This document shows positions 55,201-60,000 of a stretch of DNA of 60,000 bases, piece after piece. The position numbers and the translations under genes were made by a program. Within the stretch, counting starts at the first letter, position 1, and each line of letters opens with the position of its first letter. The stretch is from Botryllus schlosseri. Its lineage: Eukaryota. The stretch spans positions 13,022,001 through 13,082,000 of the forward strand of contig CM119372.1 in the NCBI GenBank assembly GCA_051294905.1. The letters are read 5' to 3'. Under the pieces are notes generated by a model. It was not told the origin of the DNA. It saw only the letters and a program-made list of their open reading frames with translations, and did no database searches.

Positions 55201-55873
55201 AATGCAGAACCTGCACCAAAGATGGAGACATTGCCTGAAAATCACAAGTCCAGTCAGGAAAATGTAAAGTCTGCATCAGATATGGAATCATTGCCTGAAA
55301 ACGAAATGTTGGGCCAGGAAAACGTAGAATCTACGTCAGATATGGAATCATTGCCTGAAGACTACAAGTCATGTCACGAAAACGTAGAATCTGCACCAGA
55401 GATGGAGTCACTGCCTGAAAATAACAAGTCCAGTCGGGAAAATGTAGAATCTGCGCCAGATAAGGAATCATTGCCTGAAAATGGAAAGTCCGGTCTGGAA
55501 AATGTCTTTTCGATACAGAATAAGGTTTTGGAAAGTGACGCACGAAGCCTAGAAGAAAGGACTGAAAGCGAACATGCCAGTATGATCTCAGTGTTAGACG
55601 GTTAGCTTCTAACAATATCTTCACTCATTAGAGTGGCAATTGAACTTCACGGCTTCGCTACCCCACTCATGCGCAAATGTCCTATATTTTACTCAGGAAA
55701 TATTGTTCATCTTACAGATCCAGTACCAGAGAAGGATTCGTTGCCTACCAATAGTACCTTGGACTGGGAAAATGCTGCTGAGACGGCACCAAATACAGCC
55801 GTTAATAGTAAACTCGTGGATTCAAAGGACGCGAATGAGTGCAAAGATGCTAGTATGGTATCGGTATCTGATG
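37282..55873 (+). CDS. ZCWPW1: Zinc finger CW-type PWWP domain protein 1, probably incomplete at the 3' end
   Basis: Predicted exons 37282-37348, 39039-39218, 40143-40196, 40241-40358, 40420-40571, 43672-43734, 43793-43910, 43971-44081, 44146-44215, 44281-44382, 46753-46903, 47744-47956, 55088-55600, ~55718-55873 (phase-compatible; non-domain exons less certain). zf-CW WVQCTSCEKWRRL...WTCSMNP...CNAPEESW; PWWP GSVVWAKMPGYPSWPAMV...YHVVFLDEEVSRAWI; N-terminal KPKFAAP and SLTDSQYEDLFSTV resemble the ZCWPW1 N-terminus. Confidence 0.88.
37900..38955 (+). mobile_element. LINE 3' fragment (same family as 13768), split by a MITE
   Basis: LRLWNSILPAIKRLSSLSTFKSKYEHILL at ~37995-38080; tail AATAAAC(TGA)n at ~38936-38953. 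Confidence 0.7.
38089..38706. mobile_element. Palindromic MITE related to the 14660/15139 copies
   Basis: TAGGGTGGTTCAAAAATAACC...GGTTATTTTTGAACCACCCTA, nearly fully self-complementary; flanked by direct repeat ATGTGACAT. Confidence 0.9.
40590..40924. mobile_element. Deleted relative of the 6537-7380 MITE
   Basis: Shares TTATCTTCATTTCTGGTTGGAACTG.CTGTCC and CCTAACGCTACAATTTT blocks; TAGGG...CCCTA ends. Confidence 0.75.
41185..42260. mobile_element. Old hAT-type non-autonomous element
   Basis: CAGTGATGTATCCA...TGGATACGCCATTG imperfect TIR; TSD degenerate (5/8). Confidence 0.6.
42589..43616. mobile_element. hAT MITE with nested TAGGG element at 42912-43474
   Basis: Outer CCGTGGTTCCTAAAC...TTTGGGAATCACTG with TSD ATCTAGAA/ATCTATAA; inner TAGGGCAAGTTTTTG...CAAAAACTTGCCCTA with TSD GTTATAAC/GTTCTAAT and AAGTTGC motifs. 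Confidence 0.75.
45174..45951. mobile_element. Tc1/mariner-type MITE
   Basis: TA|CCGTAATTTTCC...GGAAAATTACGG|TA; homologous to 21670-22521. Confidence 0.88.
47022..47252. mobile_element. Short MITE of the 4931-6220 family
   Basis: CAGAGGTGGTCA...TGACCACCTCTG; TSD not conserved. Confidence 0.7.
48900..49320 (+). repeat. 21/24-bp minisatellite GACTGACCTTATT(T/C)TGCATG(TCGC/T/C)
   Basis: About 17 tandem units; also at 48346-48435 (inverted), ~53090-53180 and 53641-53730. Confidence 0.95.
49780..50225 (-). mobile_element. LINE 3' fragment (same family)
   Basis: Reverse complement matches 13770-13930 and 15600-15750 without interruption. Confidence 0.75.
54558..54872. repeat. ~315-bp imperfect hairpin (MITE-like)
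   Basis: ATTTTCGGCTGACACTCGTCAGGGG...AGAGAATTC mirrored by GAATTCTCT...CCCCTGGTGAGTGTCACCCGAAAAT. Confidence 0.75.
55088..55505 (+). repeat. Coding 60-bp tandem repeat (7 x 20 aa)
   Basis: ESAPEMESLPENxKSSQENV consensus, period exactly 60 nt, no stops. Confidence 0.92.
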
Positions 55874-56103
55874 GTGAGCTTGTTTCAATTTACTATACTA
55901 GTGTGCCGCAGACATGGGGTAATCGCGATTAGTAATCGTAATCGATTACGACGATTACAGCATTTTGAAGTAATCGTAATCGCAATCGATTACATTCGAA
56001 AAAAAACCGAAGTAATCGTAATCGTAATCGACTACTTCCCATATCTAATCGATTTTTTTTTATGAAAGAACGATTACTTTTTGTTTGTACAAGGACTATG
56101 ACA

Positions 56104-57031
56104 CAGTGTTGGGATGACTCGAGTCATGACTTGACTCGAGTCAACTTTTTCGCATGACTTGACTTGACTCGAGTCACTTTGCAAAAATGACTTGACTTGA
56201 CTTGACTCGGCGCTTCAGAAATGAGGATTGACTCGTGACTCGGAGCAAAATTTACGAGTCAATTTCAAGTCATCTAGTAAACGGTGTCAATTAAATCGCT
56301 GCATATCTTCGATGTTCGAATTGTTCGCGATACGCCGGTGTGACTTGTGAGAGCAAGCAGTCATTCACAGATTGTACTTTTCACTGTTCCTCGATTGTTA
56401 CATCACAAATATGTTGACCGAAAACGAAATGATCGCAGCTTACGTTCGTTTATGTACTAGCTGTAGAATAATCTAATAACTACGTATCTCTATTTGTTGG
56501 ATGGCTCAGTGCTTACATCGCGTAGTGCCCAGCTTAGCCAACCCCCTAGTATGATTTGAATCGAACGAATATAGTTTATGCGTTTATAATCTCACGGATG
56601 TGTTGATGGGTAGTGTATTGTACCATATCAATTTGTTTCAACTTCTCGGCGCTTCGTATTAGATCCTCCATTTTAGCAGATCTTAGAATTCGTGAGTGAT
56701 ACAACGCCTTTTTGCACGTATATTTAACTTGATACTCGTTATTTGATTCAAGCGATATCACTAACCAATCTGTCATTCACACAGCTAGCAAAATGCAATG
56801 ACTTTGAATCATCGCTCATACTTCGATAATTAAATTTGACTTGAATTGTGACTTGACTCGTGACTTGACTTGACTTGACTCGACTTGACTCGAGTCACCT
56901 CCAAAAAACGAGTGACTTGACTTGACTCGAGTCACCTTCGAAAATCGATTGACTTGACTTGACTCGAGTCAAAATGTACAATGACTCGAGATGACTCGTG
57001 ACTCGAAGGTAGTGACTTGATCCCAACACTG
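56104..57031. mobile_element. hAT MITE with GACTCGAGTC/GACTT arrays
   Basis: CAGTGTTGGGAT...ATCCCAACACTG; perfect TSD CTATGACA. Confidence 0.92.
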
Positions 57032-58334
57032 CTATGACATAAACTGAGTATTCGTGAACAAGAATGAGATAATATACCACGTTAGCGATAGCACAAACGT
57101 CTGTTTTCACACGCCACTGACTCATTATTACATCAGAAGTATTAGCTCCGCTCGTCATTGCGTAAGAAGTATCCGAACATAGTAAACAGACATGCGATGG
57201 ACATTGTAGTGTGATTGTAACACCTCCCGTGGTGTATATCAGGTTATCAATACACTACAGAAGCCGCTACCTCGCAGCAGGATATTGATCACCACTCTGC
57301 CTATAGTTTCAAATAGTAACTTATGTATTGATGTTTGGTTGTGCTTAGTTAAACGCAGTTTACCATTGCTGCTTGGCGAGCAGGAGGCCTACGTACGAAG
57401 GTGCACCTGACGAAGATTCGGAATTTTGTACTCGTCGAATAAAACATTGCAGTTTCCACAACGAAGCATTACAAATAAACAGCTGCTGATATATATCATA
57501 ACCGAGCTGTGCTTAGCCGTTTCTCGTAACAGCTCGCTGTATAGGTATTAAGTTGAAGGCAGAATTTTTATGTTAACTATATCTTATTCTCATATAACTA
57601 TACTTGAAACGGGCGTCAATCGTTATTTCACAGTTCGTTACTTAGCATCTGGACCTGCCGCCATAACCATCCGCTTATATAGCCTGACATGTTAGCGTGG
57701 GTTGTAGCTAGAAAGAGCAATTCAGCCGAAACAGCAATTCCCGTGTCCAAACGTTGGTCAATTTTCAAAACTGAATTTCGTCAATAATATTGGTAATTGC
57801 ATTATATTACTATTCATTTATAACCTCTCTGAGCCCCGAGTGTCAGATTTACCTGGGGCACGTAATTCATATTCATAGCATCTGGTATGTTGTTATAATT
57901 ACTGTATGTTGTTAATTCGCGACATCCAGTCCGTTGTATAATCAAAAGATATTGTACTCGCCGAAACGTAGCAGACTAAAAGAATATATTTTGTGAGACG
58001 CACACACAAATTGTCATGGCTTTATTCCTTTGTGGATGCGCCGGGTGACATTTGCATTGTGGGCCCAGATTGGAAGGACAGGGGTTATTAGTCACGCCCA
58101 CCCAGCGCGGCTATTGACAATGGACGAATACCCTAAGTTTCGGCCAAGGTATTTCTTTGGTATCACATCTCGTGGAGTTGCGTGTTGGCCGAAACTGCAT
58201 ATGTCTTTTGGTGTGTTGTGGGATCGTGGCGCGATAATGAACGGCTCCGAAATACCTGTTCCCATAAAATAGCCTATGTATGTTTTTCCTTGAGGGGCGG
58301 AGGTATACATTTCCAACCCAGCTATCTACTGGAG

Positions 58335-59238
58335 CAGGGGTCACCAACTGTTTTGAAACAAAAAGCTACTTCTTGTGTAGTGTGTACTGATTATTGCGAC
58401 GACCGACGGGTTATCACGTACTCCCGTCGTTTATCCGTGTTCAATTGGATTTCTTCACCTAGAGTAAGACAATCACAGCACTGGGCGGGGTTTCCGCCCC
58501 TTACCAAGAACAAAAAACGCCCACTCGCAGGGACTCACACCAGCTCCTCCAAGCGTTGCTGCAGTGCGCGCAGAAGCGCCAATCTCCGCGTCGAGATTAG
58601 GGAATATTAACTAATATAAACTAATATTAACTAATATATTAACTAACTCTACGTGGGCGAACACAAGCAAGGGTCCGAGCGACTGCGTTCGTATGTTCCT
58701 TGGGGTCGGCCGACCCATGTTCAACTGCTGCTCATATGAAACCAGCTTCAACTTTCAAATCTCTCATTTGGATATTTGCTACAGCGCAGTGGTGGCAACG
58801 GGGGGGGGGGGGGTGTGTGTGTGGGCGAGACTTACCTGGGGCCCCACTATAAGTATCTATCCCCTTATTATCTATCTATCAGGGTTTGGCCAGGTGCTGG
58901 ATTCGACCATGTCTATTTTTTCATGTGTGCAAGGATAGACTACATTGAAACTAAGTAATTCTACCTCATGCAGAGACGTGATGATTATCGGGATACGGGA
59001 CTTTTCTAACAAATGCAGAGATTTGATGATGATTGACACATCTGTACGGAATCCTATTCTTGCTTTACACGGATTCCCATGCTTATTCGTTATTATCCTC
59101 AAAGAAAGTGCTTATTCCAAATAGAGGAGCCCTTCGAGCAGGAGTGCCCCCCGGCGACCACCCACCTCACCCACCCCAAAAGCCACCACTACTAAAGCGA
59201 CCGCGGGCGACTCATTTGGTCCGCGTTGGTGACCCCTG
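58335..59238. mobile_element. hAT-Charlie-like MITE
   Basis: CAGGGGTCACCAAC...GTTGGTGACCCCTG; TSD TACTGGAG/TACTATAG. Confidence 0.85.
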
Positions 59239-60000
59239 TACTATAGACATTTGAATCGCAAAGCTCGAAGAACATTTTCAAGAATTAATTAAATTCTCGA
59301 AAATACTCTATAATTTATGTTGGTTTACGAAATACTTTTGAGTCTCCTTCAAGCACGCTCCCCATCCTATTAAGGAATTTGGGGTGCGGCAGGTAAAGAC
59401 CTGGCAATAATGCAAATCGTTGGATGCGATAAATCATCCACTATAAAGTTGGGCAATTGGTATATTATGACGTATTAAGCAAATGACGCATGATGTATGA
59501 AGAAAGTTGATATCTCATTAAGCCTTTTCATCGCAATCCTTGTATTGTCTTCCAATATATCATTTAAGATTATAGTCCTAAGAAAAACAAATGTAATCGT
59601 GAGTAATCGTGATTACTTTTCCAATGTAATCGTAATCGTAATCGACTACTTCCTGATTTTGCTGTAATCGTAATCGTAATCGCGTGATTCCGAAGTAATC
59701 GTAATCGCAATCGATTACATTCATAAAGTAATCACCCCATGTCTGGTGTGCCGTCCGCGTACTACAAGGCGTAAGTCATTAATGTGATACTTACGATCAC
59801 TTGGACTAAGCGCTATTCATTGACATACTTGGGCATTTATCTATCTATGGTTATATGTAGTACAGTGAAGCGTTGTCAACTGTGAAATTGTAATGCGTGA
59901 GCTCTAAATTATCGTGGTATAATGTTACTGTCCGAGATCATTAGGAATGTTATTTTGTCGCAAATTTCTAAAGTGTCGTTCGGAAAAGAATATGAGGACG

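Larger units (their letters stand above)
55909..59745. mobile_element. hAT-type non-autonomous element with GTAATC subterminal arrays, hosting nested MITEs
   Basis: CAGACATGGGGT...ACCCCATGTCTG; perfect TSD GTGTGCCG (55901-55908, 59746-59753). Confidence 0.92.

Overview
AT-rich, intron-containing animal genomic DNA (invertebrate; the short introns and gene set suggest an ascidian-like deuterostome, which is inference only). Three spliced host genes were reconstructed by hand. A C1orf43/NICE-3 homologue (+, 5 exons, ~247 aa) converges on MEPCE/Bin3, the 7SK methylphosphate capping enzyme (-, 9 exons, ~710 aa). MEPCE lies head-to-head with a zf-CW+PWWP gene recognisable as ZCWPW1 (+, probably running past the window end), the same divergent pair as in mammals. 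Most of the rest is nested transposon DNA. The standout is an 11-kb foldback-type element (1034-12050, perfect 8-bp TSD) whose inverted arms each carry an expanded 176-bp satellite array. Also present are a second foldback-like element with minisatellite arms, many hAT-type non-autonomous elements with 8-bp TSDs, Tc1/pogo-type MITEs, a Sola2-like relic, a solo LTR and 3' LINE fragments. No intact transposase, RNA gene or CRISPR array was seen. All family assignments are from motif recognition, not database searches.
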